Assembly (NCBI GenBank): GCA_900617105.1
Contig: UYFQ01000032.1
Coordinates: 744,001-808,000 of the forward strand
Reading direction: 5' to 3'
Length of the DNA: 64,000 bases
Source: Hydrurus foetidus
Lineage: Eukaryota
The notes beneath the pieces were generated by a model that made no database searches, had not been told where the DNA came from, and worked only from the letters and a program-made list of their open reading frames with translations. Position 1 is the first letter of the stretch; every line of letters starts with the position of its first letter. Made by a program: the position numbers and the translations under genes. Positions 1 through 12,053 of the stretch are shown one piece after another.

Positions 1-1060
1 CCACTTGGGCCGTGGCATCCCTCTTTTGCATCTTTTGAGCGCTTACCGCACACTCCATCAGCGTAGAGCGCTCTAATTTTCGTAGCATTTCAAACAAAAA
101 CTGTGGGGTCAGGTCTTGCTGTGCTACACACCAACCGCCGCCTTGATCGACCAGAAAGCGGGCATTGCCGGTTTGGTGGTCGTCCACCGCAAACGGAAAA
201 GGTACAAACAGCGCAGCAGCCCCCACAGCGGCAATTTCCGTCACGGTGCTGGCACCGGCCCGGCAAATCACCAGATCCGCATCGGCAAACGCCTGGGCGG
301 TATCGTCGATGAAAGGCGTGAGTTCTGCACTGACCCCTGCCTGGGCGTAGTTGGCACGCACCGCATCGATCTGCTTGGCCCCGCTTTGGTGAACCACCAC
401 AGGCCGCGACGCGACGGGCAACAAGGCCAACGCTTGCGGCACGATCTCGTTCAGCGCTTTGGCACCCAAGCTGCCACCGATAACCAAGAGTTTCAGCGGC
501 TGATCCTGCACGCTGCCCCGGCTCGCAAAGCGCTCAGCGGGAGCCGCTTGCTGGGTGAACGCCGTGCGCAGCGGGTTGCCCACCCATTGGGCTTTGCGCA
601 GCACGTTCGGGAAAGCCGTGAAAACGCGGCTCGCCACAGCAGCCAGCACCTTGTTGGCCATGCCAGCGATGGAGTTTTGCTCATGCAGTACCAACGGCTT
701 GCCACACAGCACGCTCATCAACCCTGCCGGAAAGGTGATGTAACCCCCCAGACCCACCACCACATCGGGCTTGACGCGCTTCACGATGGAGATGCTTTGA
801 GTGCAGGCTTTGAGCAAACGCACGGGCAACATCAGCAGGGTTTTGAAGCCTTTGCCGCGCACGCCCGAGAAATCCAGCACCTCAAACGGGAAACCGCGCG
901 GCGGCACCAGCTGGCTTTCCATGCTGTTCGGGCCACCCAGCCAGTGCACGCGCCAGCCTTTGTCGCGCAGGGCTTCGGCCACAGCCAAACCTGGGAAGAT
1001 ATGCCCGCCCGTGCCACCGGCCATGACCAACGCAACAGGCGCATTCAAACGGGTTGTCAT
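1..1060 (-). CDS. murG: Undecaprenyl-PP-MurNAc-pentapeptide GlcNAc transferase MurG (3' end runs off the window)
   Basis: ATG at 1060 overlaps the ftsW stop (ATGA); manual translation gives [28 protein letters not shown] (GGTGGH motif); position in the dcw cluster. Missing from the ORF track because there is no stop in the window. Confidence 0.95.
   Translation of the reverse strand, partial: MTTRLNAPVALVMAGGTGGHIFPGLAVAEALRDKGWRVHWLGGPNSMESQLVPPRGFPFEVLDFSGVRGKGFKTLLMLPVRLLKACTQSISIVKRVKPDVVVGLGGYITFPAGLMSVLCGKPLVLHEQNSIAGMANKVLAAVASRVFTAFPNVLRKAQWVGNPLRTAFTQQAAPAERFASRGSVQDQPLKLLVIGGSLGAKALNEIVPQALALLPVASRPVVVHQSGAKQIDAVRANYAQAGVSAELTPFIDDTAQAFADADLVICRAGASTVTEIAAVGAAALFVPFPFAVDDHQTGNARFLVDQGGGWCVAQQDLTPQFLFEMLRKLERSTLMECAVSAQKMQKRDATAQV
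24..87 (-). repeat. Coding-embedded dispersed motif copy (in murG)
   Basis: Minus strand GCT ACGAAAATTAG AGC GCTCTAC GC TGATGGAGTGT GC, then an A-tract. Confidence 0.75.
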
Positions 1061-2364
1061 GGCCGCACCCCCCGCATCAACTGCTTGCTTTCAATGTCAA
1101 TGCGCAGCACCACCGCAATCGCGACGAGGTTCATCAAAATCGCGGAACCGCCGTAGCTCATCAGTGGCAGTGTCAGCCCCTTGGTGGGCAGTGCCCCCAG
1201 ATTCACACCCATGTTGATGAACGCCTGAAAGCCCATCCAGATGCCCACACCTTGGGCGGTCAAACCCGCAAACACGCGGTCTAGGGCAATGGCTTGGCGA
1301 CCGATATGCATGATGCGGCGGGTCAGCCAGAGGAAGAGACAGATGACCGTCAACACGCCCACCAGCCCAAACTCTTCACCAATCACCGCCAGCAAAAAGT
1401 CGGTGTGCGCCTCGGGCAGCCAGTGCAGCTTTTCAATGCTGCCACCCAAACCGACACCAAAAATCTCACCTCGGCCAATCGCAATCAGCGAGTGCGACAG
1501 CTGGTAGCCCTTGCCCAGCGCGTGCTTTTCGCTCCAAGGGTCGAGGTAGGCAAAAATGCGTTCACGCCGCCAGTCGGACAACGCGATCATCAAACTGAAG
1601 GCAACCACCAGCACCAGCGCGATCAAAAAGAACATGCGGGCGTTGACGCCGCCCAAGAACAAAATGCCCATCGCGATGACCGCAATCACCATGAACGCGC
1701 CCATGTCCGGCTCGGCCAGCAGCAGCAAACCTACCACCGCCACCGCCGCCCCCATGGGCAGCACGGCGCGGAAGAAGCGTTCTTTAACCTCCATTTTGCG
1801 CACCATGTAATCAGCGGCGTACAGCAGCACGGCGAACTTGGCCAGCTCAGACGGCTGAAAACCCAAGCCCGCCACGGCCAGCCAGCGCCGGGCACCGTTC
1901 ACCACCTTGCCCACATGCGGAATCAGCACCGCAATCAGCGTGGCGAGCGAAAAGACGAACAACCACGGTGCCACGCGCTCCCAAGTGCTCATGGGCACCT
2001 GAAAAGCCACCAGCGCAGCGAGGGAAGCAATCGCCAACTGCGCCGTGTGACGCAGCAAGAAATGCGTGTGCGCGTAATTGGCGAACTTGGGGTTGTCCGG
2101 CATCGCAATCGACGCGGAATACACCATCACCAAGCCGAACGCCAGCAAAGACACCGTGACCCAGATCAGCGCTTGGTCTAAACCCAACAAGCTCGCCGGC
2201 GTGGCCCCGTTGCTGCGGCTGTAGTTGGCGTCTCCCCCCAACGCAACCGGCAGGATGACCGGCGAACCCCCATCGGACGCACGGCGGCTGCGCACACTGC
2301 CCACCACGCCGCCCCAAAGGTTGGCGAAAAAACCACCGTTGCCACGACGCTGGGCGCTGCTCAT
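1057..2364 (-). CDS. ftsW: Cell division peptidoglycan polymerase FtsW (SEDS family)
   Basis: [20 protein letters not shown] and PLMSYGGS motifs; multi-TM; dcw position. Confidence 0.97.
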   Translation of the reverse strand: MSSAQRRGNGGFFANLWGGVVGSVRSRRASDGGSPVILPVALGGDANYSRSNGATPASLLGLDQALIWVTVSLLAFGLVMVYSASIAMPDNPKFANYAHTHFLLRHTAQLAIASLAALVAFQVPMSTWERVAPWLFVFSLATLIAVLIPHVGKVVNGARRWLAVAGLGFQPSELAKFAVLLYAADYMVRKMEVKERFFRAVLPMGAAVAVVGLLLLAEPDMGAFMVIAVIAMGILFLGGVNARMFFLIALVLVVAFSLMIALSDWRRERIFAYLDPWSEKHALGKGYQLSHSLIAIGRGEIFGVGLGGSIEKLHWLPEAHTDFLLAVIGEEFGLVGVLTVICLFLWLTRRIMHIGRQAIALDRVFAGLTAQGVGIWMGFQAFINMGVNLGALPTKGLTLPLMSYGGSAILMNLVAIAVVLRIDIESKQLMRGVRP

Positions 2365-3965
2365 AGCGCTACCTCTGCGGTTTGGTGTGCAGTTGATCCG
2401 ATATTCAACACCAAATCATTGACCGCTTCGCAAAACACGCGCGCACGGTGAACATAGCTGTCAAACATATCTAAGCTGGCGCAAGCCGGTGACAACAGCA
2501 CCACGTCGCCCGCGTGGGCACGCTGGCTGGCAAGCTGCACGGCTTGGGGCAAGGTTTCGGCATCCATCAAGGTCACGCCGGTTCCCACCAACGCATCGCG
2601 AATGAGCGGGGCATCGCGGCCCATCAGCAGCACGGCACGGGCGTACTGGGCAACGGGCGCGGCGAGGGGTGAGAAATCTTGGCCCTTGCCGTCGCCACCC
2701 AAAATCACCAGCAAGCGGCGTTGCCCCGGAAAACCTTCGCCCAAACCTTTGAGCGCGGCCACAGTAGCCCCCACATTGGTGCCCTTGCTGTCGTCGAAAT
2801 ACTCGATGTCATTGACGATGGCGACCGACTCCACCCGGTGCGGCTCACCCCGGTACTCGCGTAGCGCGTACAGCGCAGGGCCGAGGGCGCAACCCGCTGC
2901 GGTGATGAGCGCCAACGCGGCCAGTGCGTTCACCGCGTTGTGGCGACCACGAATGCGCAGCGCATCAGCGGGCATCAGGCGCTGGAAGGTGACTTCATCG
3001 GCGGCTTCTTTGCGTTTGCGGCGGGTTTCATCGGCCTCGTGGGCACGCACCAACCAGGCCATGCCGTTAACAACTTCGATGCCAAAGTCACCAGGGCGCT
3101 GGGGCATGTCACCGCCAAAACACAGCACCGAGCGAGGCACGGCACTTTTATCTACTTTGATGCCCTTGGCAGGCTTGGTGGTCACTGGCTGCATCGCCAT
3201 GACCAGCGGGTCTTCACGGTTCAGCAGCATCACACCGCTGTGGCCAAACACCCGCGCCTTGTCTGCACCATAGCGCGCTATGTCACCATGCCAGTCCAAA
3301 TGGTCTTGCGTGATGTTCAGCACCGCACCCGCTGTGGGCTCAAAGTTATCTACACCGTGAAGTTGGAAACTGGAAAGCTCCAGCACCCAGACTTCGGGCA
3401 AGGTACAGGCGTAAAGATTGGCGGTCAGCGTGTCCAGCAGGGTGGGGCCAATATTGCCCGCCACCGCCACGGTTTTGCCAGCGCGGGCGACCAACAGGCC
3501 TGTCAGCGTCGTCACCGTGGTTTTGCCGTTGGTACCGGTGATGGCCAGCACCTTGGGGTGGTAAGCCTGGGTGATCGCCAAGTCATGGAGGGCTTGCGCA
3601 AACAGGCTTAATTCACCACCACAGATTATTCCTTCAGCTTTAGCAGCTATGAATACAGGAGCAATCTCAGCAGGTGCTAATCCAGGGCTGCTGTAGACGG
3701 CATGGAATGGTCGTGTGCTGGTTGGAGCGTCTGGCACCAACAAATCCGCATTAAGAAGTTCCGAATTAAGCAGTTCCGCATTCAATGGCCCGCTGACAAA
3801 GCGTGTGCCGGGCACCTGCGCCATCAAAGCAGCCAGTTGTGGCGGAGCTTCGCGGGTGTCCGCCACCGTTACCAGGGCACCGTTGCGTGCGCACCAGCGT
3901 GCCATCGCCAGCCCCGAGGCACCGAGGCCGAGGATCAGGACGGGTTGGTCTTTCAAGTGCAACAT
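2361..3965 (-). CDS. murD: UDP-MurNAc-L-Ala:D-Glu ligase
   Basis: [42 protein letters not shown]; start moved to ATG 3965 (MLHLKD) to avoid overlap with mraY. Confidence 0.96.
   Translation of the reverse strand: MLHLKDQPVLILGLGASGLAMARWCARNGALVTVADTREAPPQLAALMAQVPGTRFVSGPLNAELLNSELLNADLLVPDAPTSTRPFHAVYSSPGLAPAEIAPVFIAAKAEGIICGGELSLFAQALHDLAITQAYHPKVLAITGTNGKTTVTTLTGLLVARAGKTVAVAGNIGPTLLDTLTANLYACTLPEVWVLELSSFQLHGVDNFEPTAGAVLNITQDHLDWHGDIARYGADKARVFGHSGVMLLNREDPLVMAMQPVTTKPAKGIKVDKSAVPRSVLCFGGDMPQRPGDFGIEVVNGMAWLVRAHEADETRRKRKEAADEVTFQRLMPADALRIRGRHNAVNALAALALITAAGCALGPALYALREYRGEPHRVESVAIVNDIEYFDDSKGTNVGATVAALKGLGEGFPGQRRLLVILGGDGKGQDFSPLAAPVAQYARAVLLMGRDAPLIRDALVGTGVTLMDAETLPQAVQLASQRAHAGDVVLLSPACASLDMFDSYVHRARVFCEAVNDLVLNIGSTAHQTAEVAL
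3601..3663 (-). repeat. Coding-embedded dispersed motif copy (in murD)
   Basis: Minus strand GCT CCTGTATTCAT AGC TGCTAAA GC TGAAGGAATAA TC (last GC mismatched). Confidence 0.7.
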
Positions 3966-3994
3966 GATCGTAGGAACATAAAAAGGCGGACGGG

Positions 3995-5173
3995 CTAGCG
4001 CAGCTTCATGGTGGACAAGCCCACCAGACACAGCAGCATGGTGATGATCCAAAACCGCACGACAACTTGCGTTTCCTTCCAGCCGCTTTTCTCAAAATGG
4101 TGGTGCAAGGGGGCCATCTTCAGCACGCGGCGGCCTTCGCCGTATTTCTTTTTGGTGTACTTGAAGTAGCTGACCTGCACTATCACCGACAGCGCCTCCA
4201 CCACAAATATGCCACCCATGATGGACAGCACCACTTCTTGCCGAACGATGACGGCCACCGTGCCCAGTGCAGCGCCCAACGCCAGAGCCCCCACGTCACC
4301 CATGAAAACTTGCGCCGGGTGGGTGTTGAACCACAAGAATGCCAGCCCCGCACCCGCCATCGCCGAGCAAAACACCAGCAGCTCGCCAGCGCCCGGAATG
4401 TGCGGGAAAAACAGGTATTTCGAGTACACCGAACTGCCTGTGACGTAAGCGAACACACCCAAAGCGGAACCCACCATCACCACCGGCATGATGGCCAAGC
4501 CGTCCAGGCCATCGGTCAAATTCACCGCGTTGCTGGAGCCCACGATCACGAGGTAAGTCATGATGACAAAGCCGAACACGCCCAGCGGATAGCTCACCTC
4601 TTTGAAGAACGGCAGCAACAAACCGGCCTTGGGGGGCAAATCCACATCGAACCCGGACTGCACCCAGGTGAAGAAAAGCTCCAGCACTTTGAGGTTGGAG
4701 CTTTCCGAGATGCTGAACACCAAATACAGCGCTGCCAGCAGGCCAATCACCGATTGCCAGAAGTACTTCTCCCGCGAGCGCATCCCCTCGGGATCTTTGT
4801 GAACCACCTTGCGCCAGTCGTCCACCCAGCCAATCGCACCGAAACCCAAAGTGACGATAAGCACGATCCAGACAAAGCGGTTGCTCCAATCAAACCAGAG
4901 CAGGGTGGACACGGTGATGGCCATCAAAATCAACACCCCCCCCATCGTGGGCGTACCTTGCTTGACGAGGTGGCTTTCCATGCCATAGCCGCGAATGGGC
5001 TGGCCGATTTTGAGTGCGGTCAAGCGGCGAATCACCACCGGGCCAGCGATCAGGCCGATCATCAGCGCCGTCAATGCGGCCATCACGGCACGGAAGGTGA
5101 GGTACTGGAAAACGCGGAAAAACCCGAACTCGGGCCCCAAGGTGGTGAGCCATTGGGCAAGACTGACTAGCAT
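3995..5173 (-). CDS. mraY: Phospho-N-acetylmuramoyl-pentapeptide transferase
   Basis: [38 protein letters not shown]; start at MLVSLAQWL. Confidence 0.97.
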   Translation of the reverse strand: MLVSLAQWLTTLGPEFGFFRVFQYLTFRAVMAALTALMIGLIAGPVVIRRLTALKIGQPIRGYGMESHLVKQGTPTMGGVLILMAITVSTLLWFDWSNRFVWIVLIVTLGFGAIGWVDDWRKVVHKDPEGMRSREKYFWQSVIGLLAALYLVFSISESSNLKVLELFFTWVQSGFDVDLPPKAGLLLPFFKEVSYPLGVFGFVIMTYLVIVGSSNAVNLTDGLDGLAIMPVVMVGSALGVFAYVTGSSVYSKYLFFPHIPGAGELLVFCSAMAGAGLAFLWFNTHPAQVFMGDVGALALGAALGTVAVIVRQEVVLSIMGGIFVVEALSVIVQVSYFKYTKKKYGEGRRVLKMAPLHHHFEKSGWKETQVVVRFWIITMLLCLVGLSTMKLR

Positions 5174-6633
5174 GGAGAAACCTTTGTCTGGAGGGCTGCA
5201 ACCACCCGCTCCATCTTCATAAAACGAGAACCTTTGACGACGATGCTGCGGGCTTGGGCCTGGGCACAGTCCCAAACTGCGGCATTCAAAGCGTCGATAT
5301 GGCTGAAATGCTGGCCTGCGCCGGGCTGTGTTGCATTGCCACCTGCCTGCACGTTAAACGCCGTCACCGCGTGCTGCGCCAAATCACCCAAAGCCAACAG
5401 CATCTCAATGCCGCGCTCTTGGGCATAGTGGCCCACTTCAGCATGGAACTGCGGGCCTTGGTCGCCCACCTCGCCCATGTCACCCAGTACCAGCAAGCGC
5501 GGGCTGGGCAGCTCAGTCAGCACGTCGATGGCGGCACGCACGGAATCAGGGTTGGCGTTGTAGGTGTCGTCCACCACGGTCAAGCTGCGCTCACCCCAGC
5601 TCAGGCTCAAAGCACGCGAGCGGCCTTTGACCGGCTCGAACGCGCTCAAACCCTGCGCCGCTGCGTCCAAACTCACGCCCGCAGCCATGGCGCAGGCCAA
5701 AGCGGCAAGCGAATTTTTGACGTTGTGGCGACCGGCAATGTGCAGGCGGTAGCTGATACTGCCTTGCGGTGTGTGGGCACGCACAGCCCAAGCACTGTCA
5801 CCATCGCTGTCCTGCCATTCAGGCTCGTCGCAGTGCAGCGCCCCAGTAGACAACCCAAATTGCAGCGTTTTGTGCTGCGAAGCCAACGCCATCCACACGC
5901 CGGTATGGTCGTCATCGGCGGGGAACACGGCCACGCCATCAACGGGCAGCGCGGCGATCACTGCGCCGTTTTCTTGGGCCACGGTCTGCACCGTCGCCAT
6001 GAATTCCAGGTGTTCGCGCTGGGCGTTGTTGACCAGCGCCACCGTGGGCCGGGTGATGTCGGCCAAATAAGCGATTTCGCCGGGGTGGTTCATGCCCAAC
6101 TCCACCACGGCCAGTTCGTGCTCGGCACGCAGGCGCAGCAGCGTGAGGGGCACGCCGATGTCGTTGTTGAAGTTACCGGCGGTAGCCAAGGTGCGCCCCG
6201 GCTTTTCAGCCTGCAAAATTGCCGCGATCATTTGCGTGACCGTGGTTTTGCCGTTGGAACCTGTCACCGCGATCACCGGCAGGCTGAACTGCGAGCGCCA
6301 GCCAGCGGCCAAGGCACCCAAGGCCAGCGTGGTGTGGGGCACTTCAATGCCGCTCAAGCCAGCATCTGCCAAACCGCTGTGCGCGATAGCGGCCACCGCA
6401 CCACTGGCTTTGGCCTCGACCAGAAAAGCATTCGCATCGAAGCGTTCACCCTTGAGAGCCACGAACAGATCGCCGTTCTGCAACGTACGGGAATCGGTGT
6501 GGACGCGCTGAATACGCAGCGTGCCGTCGCCCACCAGCCGTGCGGTGGGGATCCGGGGCAGCAGCCATTGCCATGCTTGGTGCAGCGTCATCATGGCGCC
6601 AGACGGGTTGGTTTGATGGTGGGCTTGGTTCAT
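5167..6633 (-). CDS. murF: UDP-MurNAc-tripeptide:D-Ala-D-Ala ligase
   Basis: [39 protein letters not shown]. Confidence 0.96.
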   Translation of the reverse strand: MNQAHHQTNPSGAMMTLHQAWQWLLPRIPTARLVGDGTLRIQRVHTDSRTLQNGDLFVALKGERFDANAFLVEAKASGAVAAIAHSGLADAGLSGIEVPHTTLALGALAAGWRSQFSLPVIAVTGSNGKTTVTQMIAAILQAEKPGRTLATAGNFNNDIGVPLTLLRLRAEHELAVVELGMNHPGEIAYLADITRPTVALVNNAQREHLEFMATVQTVAQENGAVIAALPVDGVAVFPADDDHTGVWMALASQHKTLQFGLSTGALHCDEPEWQDSDGDSAWAVRAHTPQGSISYRLHIAGRHNVKNSLAALACAMAAGVSLDAAAQGLSAFEPVKGRSRALSLSWGERSLTVVDDTYNANPDSVRAAIDVLTELPSPRLLVLGDMGEVGDQGPQFHAEVGHYAQERGIEMLLALGDLAQHAVTAFNVQAGGNATQPGAGQHFSHIDALNAAVWDCAQAQARSIVVKGSRFMKMERVVAALQTKVSPC

Positions 6634-8315
6634 ACAGCCCCTCCCTTGCTATCGTTTTGATTATTGTTTGGATGATCATTGTTTTGGCTTGGCGCACGGC
6701 TGGCAAGGGCTGCCAGCGCATGGGCCGGGTCGCTGAAGGCGTGCTTCACGCCTGCGATCTCTTGGTAATCTTCGTGGCCTTTACCCGCGATCAACACCAC
6801 GTCTTGGGGCGCGGCTTGGTGCAACGCTTGGGCAATGGCGCTGGCACGCAGCGGCTCCACATGCACATGGTCACGCTTGCCGTGGCCGTGGCTCAAACCC
6901 AGCAGAATCTGGCTGATGATGGCCTCGGGCTTTTCAGAACGGGGGTTGTCGCTCGTCACCATCACTTGGTCAGCGTTCTTTTCGGCGACAGCGGCCATCA
7001 AGGGGCGCTTGGCCGGATCACGGTCGCCACCACAGCCGAACACACACCAGAGTTGGCCCCCACGCTCTTGGGCCAAGGGGCGCAGGCCGGCCAGGGCTTT
7101 GTCCAGCGCGTCGGGCGTGTGGGCGTAATCGACCACCGCCAACGGCTCACTGGGCTGACCCAGGCATTCCATGCGGCCCGGTACAGCAGTCAGGTGGCAG
7201 CAGGCACGCACGGCATCGGTTAACGCGATGCCCAAAGCCCGCAGCGTACCGATGACACCCAGCAAGTTCGACACGTTGTACTGGCCGATCAAGCTGGTGA
7301 AGACCGTATAGGGCGCATTGGGCGTGTGTTCACCAGCTTGATTGCCGTGAGCTACACCCTCTTCTCGCACTTCAAAGCACAGGCCGTAACGCTCACCCCA
7401 TACCGCATCGCTGTGGTGGGCATAGCGAACATGGTGCGCTTGCAAGCGCGGCTGCAAGCAAGCCGCAGAACGGCCAGCGTCACTTAAGCCATACGTCCAC
7501 AAAGCCAAGCCAGGGCGGGTTTGCGCCACATTCACAGCCAGTTCCACGCCTTGTGGGTCGTCCAGATTGACCACGGCGGCTTGCAAACTGGGCCAGCGGA
7601 ACAGCTCGGCTTTGGCTTGCCAGTAGGCTTCCATGCTGCCGTGGTAGTCCAGGTGGTCGTGGGTGAAGTTGGTGAACAGGGCGACGCGGATGTCGCAGCC
7701 GTCCAAGCGCCGCTCGGCGATACCGATAGACGAGGCTTCGATGGCGCAGGCGGTCGTGCCCTGAGTAATGAATTCACGCAGGTGATGCTGCAACGTGACC
7801 GGATCAGGCGTGGTCAATCCCGTGTACAGGAGTGCAGGTGGCTTGTTAACACCTAAAGTACCAACACCCAAAGTGCCCACTACAGCACAGGAAATCGGCG
7901 TTAACAGCTCAGTATTTGATAGCGCTTGCGCCAACCACCACGTGCAGGACGTTTTGCCGTTGGTGCCTGTCACGGCCAGCAAGGCCAGCTCACGGCTGGG
8001 GTGGCCGTAAAACGCGGCGGCGATGGGGCCAGTAGCGGCTTTCAGCTGTGAATAGGCTGCGACGCTGGCGTTCAGCGTGCTGGCATCCACACCCTCTTGA
8101 GCCACCAAGCACGCCGCAGCGCCTTGAGCCAAGGCTGTCGGCACGAAGCGGCGGCCATCGGTGGCGGCACCAGGCCAAGCGATGAAACCATCACCCGCGC
8201 CGACTTGGCGGCTGTCGCTGTGCAGACGACCCGTCACACCCGCACGCAGCCACTGGGCAGCTTGCTCAGGCGTTGCCAGCACAGGCGAGCTTGCAAAGTT
8301 GGCGGGCGAGGTCAT
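6630..8315 (-). CDS. murE: UDP-MurNAc-dipeptide:meso-DAP ligase
   Basis: GTNGKTS, TTPD, DHLDYH, VDYAHTPD, FGCGGDRD, SDNPR (DAP-specific), AGKGHE. Confidence 0.96.
   Translation of the reverse strand: MTSPANFASSPVLATPEQAAQWLRAGVTGRLHSDSRQVGAGDGFIAWPGAATDGRRFVPTALAQGAAACLVAQEGVDASTLNASVAAYSQLKAATGPIAAAFYGHPSRELALLAVTGTNGKTSCTWWLAQALSNTELLTPISCAVVGTLGVGTLGVNKPPALLYTGLTTPDPVTLQHHLREFITQGTTACAIEASSIGIAERRLDGCDIRVALFTNFTHDHLDYHGSMEAYWQAKAELFRWPSLQAAVVNLDDPQGVELAVNVAQTRPGLALWTYGLSDAGRSAACLQPRLQAHHVRYAHHSDAVWGERYGLCFEVREEGVAHGNQAGEHTPNAPYTVFTSLIGQYNVSNLLGVIGTLRALGIALTDAVRACCHLTAVPGRMECLGQPSEPLAVVDYAHTPDALDKALAGLRPLAQERGGQLWCVFGCGGDRDPAKRPLMAAVAEKNADQVMVTSDNPRSEKPEAIISQILLGLSHGHGKRDHVHVEPLRASAIAQALHQAAPQDVVLIAGKGHEDYQEIAGVKHAFSDPAHALAALASRAPSQNNDHPNNNQNDSKGGAV
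7863..7924 (-). repeat. Coding-embedded dispersed motif copy (in murE)
   Basis: Minus strand GCT ATCAAATACTG AGC TGTTAAC GC CGATTTCCTGT GC. Confidence 0.75.
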
Positions 8316-10045
8316 CAGAACGACTCCTCCACCGTTTGCACCACGGTTTGCGGCTTCACGGCCATGTCAGGTGTCACGCCCATCATGCGCAGCGACTGCT
8401 GCACCACTTCGCTGAACACGGGGGCTGCCACCAAGCCGCCGTAATACTGGCCGGCACTGGGTTCGTCCACCATCACTGCGACGATGATGCGCGGCTTGTC
8501 GATAGGGGCCATGCCGGTGAACCACGAGCGGTATTTGTTGGAGGCGTAACCTTTGCCCACCTGCTTGTGCGCCGTACCCGATTTACCACCCACCGAGTAA
8601 CCCACGGTCTGCGCAAGCGGGCCTGTGCCACCAGGGCCAGCGGCCATTTGCAGCATTTTGCGCACAGCAGCAGCCGTCTTGGGCGAAAAAACCTGAACAC
8701 CCACAGAAGGCTCATCACTCCTGAGGATGGTGGTGGGGATGATTTGGCCGGTTTGCCCGAACGAGGTATAGGAATGCGCCATCTGGAACAGCGAGGCCGA
8801 CAAACCATAGCCATAGGACATGGTGGCCTGCTCCACAGGTTTCCAGTTTTTCCAAGGGCGCAGACGACCGCTCACGGTGCCAGGAAACTGAATTTGCGGT
8901 TTTTGACCGTAACCGAGCGCCGTGTAGGTGTCCCACATTTCATGGGGGCTCATGCGCTGTGCCATCTTCAGCGCACCGATGTTGCTGGATTTTTGAATCA
9001 CGCCTTCGGTCGTCAGAGCACCGTTGTTGTGGGTGTCGGTGATGGTGAAACCGCCCATTTGGTAGCGACCAGGGGAGGTATCGAACACGGTTTGCGGCGT
9101 GATCCGACCCGCCTCCATCGCCATGGCCGCCGTGATGGGCTTCATGGTGGAGCCGGGCTCGAAGGTATCCGTCATCGCCCGGTTGCGCAGCTGCTCGCCG
9201 GTCATGTTCTTGCGTTTGTCGGGGACGTAGCTGGGATAGTTGGCAACGGCCAGCACCTCTCCAGTGATGGCATCGAGGACGACAACACTACCCGCTTTGG
9301 CTTTGTTGCTGATGACGGCATCGCGCAGTTTTTGGTACGCGAAAAACTGAATCTTGCTGTCCACGCTCAACGTCAGGTCTTTGCCATCGACGGGCGGCAC
9401 CTGTTCGCCAATGTCTTCGACAACGCGGCCAAAGCGGTCTTTAATCACGCGGCGTGAGCCAGCTTTGCCGCCAAGCTCTTTGTTGAAAGACAGCTCAATA
9501 CCTTCTTGGCCTTTGTCTTCCACATTGGTGAAGCCCACCACATGCGCAATCGCCTCGCCTTCGGGGTACTGGCGTTTGTATTCTTTACGCGTATAGATGC
9601 CTTTGATGCCCAGTGCGGTGATTTGCTGCGCCACAGGCTCATCGACTTGGCGTTTCAGCCATACAAAGGATTTGTCTTCATTCAACTTTTTGTTCAGCTC
9701 AGCCAAAGGCATGTCGAGCAACTTGGCAAGCTGCTGCAACTTGCCTTTGTCAGCCTCTACGTCGTCAGGAATCGCCCAAAAACTGGGGGCAGGCACGCTG
9801 GAGGCGAGGATCAGGCCGTTGCGGTCAAGAATACGGCCACGGTTAGCGGGTAACTCCAAGGTGCGCATGAAGCGCACTTCACCTTGGCGCTGGAAAAATG
9901 CATTGCCAATCACCTGGATGTAGGCCGCACGCGCTGCCAGCCCGACAAAAGCCAGCGCGATGGCCGCCACCACAAACTTGCTGCGCCAAACCGGGGTGCG
10001 GCTGGCCAACAAGGGGCTGGAGGTGTATTGCACGCTGCGGCTCAT
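8315..10045 (-). CDS. ftsI: Penicillin-binding protein 3 (septal transpeptidase)
   Basis: RGRILDRNG; SxxK (STMK), SxN (SSN), KSG motifs; dcw position. Confidence 0.96.
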   Translation of the reverse strand: MSRSVQYTSSPLLASRTPVWRSKFVVAAIALAFVGLAARAAYIQVIGNAFFQRQGEVRFMRTLELPANRGRILDRNGLILASSVPAPSFWAIPDDVEADKGKLQQLAKLLDMPLAELNKKLNEDKSFVWLKRQVDEPVAQQITALGIKGIYTRKEYKRQYPEGEAIAHVVGFTNVEDKGQEGIELSFNKELGGKAGSRRVIKDRFGRVVEDIGEQVPPVDGKDLTLSVDSKIQFFAYQKLRDAVISNKAKAGSVVVLDAITGEVLAVANYPSYVPDKRKNMTGEQLRNRAMTDTFEPGSTMKPITAAMAMEAGRITPQTVFDTSPGRYQMGGFTITDTHNNGALTTEGVIQKSSNIGALKMAQRMSPHEMWDTYTALGYGQKPQIQFPGTVSGRLRPWKNWKPVEQATMSYGYGLSASLFQMAHSYTSFGQTGQIIPTTILRSDEPSVGVQVFSPKTAAAVRKMLQMAAGPGGTGPLAQTVGYSVGGKSGTAHKQVGKGYASNKYRSWFTGMAPIDKPRIIVAVMVDEPSAGQYYGGLVAAPVFSEVVQQSLRMMGVTPDMAVKPQTVVQTVEESF

Positions 10046-10326
10046 TTTGGCTCAGTTTTAGGTTCGTTGTAGGTCACGTACTGGGTGATCGCAGGCGTAG
10101 CGGTGCGCATTTGCAGCTTATCTTTGGCCAATTTCTCAACCCGCAAAGGCGTGGCCTGTGCGCGGCGTCGAACTTCAAGGCTGTCGTTATCGAGGTCAAG
10201 TTTGCTGGCTTGTGCATTGGCGTGCTCCAACGCTTGAAACAGGCGGCGTGACTCATACTGGGTATGCACCAAGTAGATGGCGCTGGCGACAACCGCCAGC
10301 ATCAGCACGAGATTGAGCCTTGTCAT
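10042..10326 (-). CDS. ftsL: Cell division protein FtsL
   Basis: 94 aa, single TM plus coiled coil, between rsmH and ftsI with overlapping start/stop codons. Confidence 0.92.
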   Translation of the reverse strand: MTRLNLVLMLAVVASAIYLVHTQYESRRLFQALEHANAQASKLDLDNDSLEVRRRAQATPLRVEKLAKDKLQMRTATPAITQYVTYNEPKTEPK

Positions 10327-11258
10327 ACAGCCGTCCTTTGCGCCACCCGCATCACCGCGCTGCGCGAACGCGGGTTACCAGCCACTTCAACAGCGCTGGG
10401 TTTAACGCGGCCTAGAGCAGCGAGCTTCATGGCAGAAGGCTTGGCCAGCATCCAATCGGGCGAGCGTTTGTCCACCGTCTCGCGGGTATGACGGGCGATG
10501 AACTGCTTGACGATGCGGTCTTCCAACGAATGAAAGCTGATCACCACCAAGCGGCCACCGGGCTGTAGCACGTCCAGACTGGCCTCTAGCGCTTGCGTGA
10601 GCTCGTCGAGCTCGCCATTGATGAAAATCCGAAAAGCTTGAAAGGTGCGCGTGGCAGGGTTTTGCCCGTATTCGCGGGTTTTGACCGCACCAGCCACGAT
10701 GTCGGCCAGCTCCAGGGTGGTGATGGGCAAACGCCCTGCTTCGCGGCGCGCAACAATCGCCTTTGCAACGGGGACAGCAAACCGTTCTTCACCGTAATCA
10801 CGCACCACCTCGGCAATGTGCTGCTGATCGGCAACAGCCAGCCACTCCGCCACACTCTGGCCCCGCGTACTGTCCATGCGCATGTCCAGCGGGCCGTCGT
10901 TGCGGAATGAAAACCCGCGCTCGGGATTGTCGATTTGAGGGGAGCTGATGCCTAAATCCATCAACACCCCTGCGACTTTGTAGCCCCCCCCATCCATCAC
11001 TCGCCCCAAATGGGCGAAACCCTCGTGGCGAATCGACAGCCGCGCATCGGTGGCAGCCATGTCCTGCGCCGTTCGCACCGCTTCGGGGTCTTTGTCGAAC
11101 GCAATCAAGTGACCCTGCGGCCCCAATTGCGACAAGATCAGACGTGAGTGCCCGCCACGACCGAAAGTCGCGTCCACATAGGTCGCGTCTGGCTGAATCT
11201 GAAGCGCTGCTACCGCTTCGTTCAGCAAGACTGTGGTGTGTTGCCATGTCGTTTCCAC
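10323..11258 (-). CDS. rsmH: 16S rRNA m4C1402 methyltransferase
   Basis: [44 protein letters not shown]. Confidence 0.97.
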   Translation of the reverse strand: METTWQHTTVLLNEAVAALQIQPDATYVDATFGRGGHSRLILSQLGPQGHLIAFDKDPEAVRTAQDMAATDARLSIRHEGFAHLGRVMDGGGYKVAGVLMDLGISSPQIDNPERGFSFRNDGPLDMRMDSTRGQSVAEWLAVADQQHIAEVVRDYGEERFAVPVAKAIVARREAGRLPITTLELADIVAGAVKTREYGQNPATRTFQAFRIFINGELDELTQALEASLDVLQPGGRLVVISFHSLEDRIVKQFIARHTRETVDKRSPDWMLAKPSAMKLAALGRVKPSAVEVAGNPRSRSAVMRVAQRTAV

Positions 11259-11267
11259 TGCATCAAC

Positions 11268-11696
11268 TTAAAAAGAAAAATCCTTGAAAACATCGGGCAT
11301 GGGCTGCTGCTTGGCAGCAGCCACTTTGGCTTGGTAAGTCTCTTTGTCCCACAGCTCAAAGTGGGTGCCTACGCCCAGAAGCATGACTTCTTTGGTCAAA
11401 CATGCGGACTCCCGCAATTCTGGCGAAATCAGCACACGCCCCGTACCGTCCAGCTCCACGTCCATCGCACTGCCCAACAATATGCGCCGCCACCATTGAC
11501 CCTCAGCCGCCGTCGCCACCACCCGCTGGCTGAAGTCGTCCCACGCTGCACGCGGAAACAACATCAGGTAACCGTGGGGATGGCTTGTCACCGTCAATTG
11601 CCCTGCTGTGGACGCGCTCAGTTCGTCACGGTGCCGGGTCGGCACAGACAACCGACCCTTGGCATCAAGGCTGATGGACGAGGCTCCTTTGAACAC
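11268..11696 (-). CDS. mraZ: Division/cell wall cluster transcriptional repressor MraZ
   Basis: GTG start, 142 aa, two DxxGR repeats (DAKGR, DGTGR), ELWD; first gene of the dcw cluster. Confidence 0.95.
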   Translation of the reverse strand: MFKGASSISLDAKGRLSVPTRHRDELSASTAGQLTVTSHPHGYLMLFPRAAWDDFSQRVVATAAEGQWWRRILLGSAMDVELDGTGRVLISPELRESACLTKEVMLLGVGTHFELWDKETYQAKVAAAKQQPMPDVFKDFSF

Positions 11697-11785
11697 GAGC
11701 ACGCTACCTTTTTGAAAACGAATGGGAAAAAAGGGGATGGAGTGAGTATTTTGGTGGAAATAAGGCCTACAAAACGCACAAAATG

Positions 11786-11809
11786 CCACGTTTCACCACC
11801 AACTTCCAC
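11786..11809 (-). promoter_or_regulatory. Probable MraZ operator (three GTGG boxes at 10 bp period)
   Basis: Minus strand GTGGaagttgGTGGtgaaacGTGG upstream of mraZ, resembling known MraZ direct-repeat boxes. Confidence 0.7.
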
Positions 11810-11872
11810 TTTTTTGCACTGTAACAGGAAATAACAAGCGCGTAAGCAGGCTTACGCGCATTTCCGCAATGG

Positions 11873-11885
11873 AATCAAGGACTTA
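11873..11885 (+). promoter_or_regulatory. Possible IHF site in the dcw promoter region
   Basis: AATCAAggacTTA matches WATCAANNNNTTR in an AT-rich intergenic region. Confidence 0.4.
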
Positions 11886-12053
11886 GCTGAAGCTAAAAAT
11901 CTGAATTTACAAAAAATTCTTTAAAAACAAGACACTTAGCACAGCTTATCGAAGTGAAACTTGAATGTCGGTTACTTTTGCAATGCATCAAAAATGCACC
12001 ACAAAGAACGACAACGTCACAAAATATTGCAACCTGTATCTGATCTTTGAATT

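Noticed and set aside
116..1156. 346 aa plus-strand ORF and many other long antisense ORFs (e.g. 5254-6660, 8273-9457, 57501-58739)
   Set aside because: They are shadows of well-supported genes on the opposite strand in GC-rich DNA and carry no recognisable motifs.
6647..6695. AT-rich murE tail beginning TGCTATCGTTTTGAT as another motif copy
   Set aside because: Only the left arm matches; AGC and the phased GC pairs are missing. It is better explained as a low-complexity Asn-rich tail.
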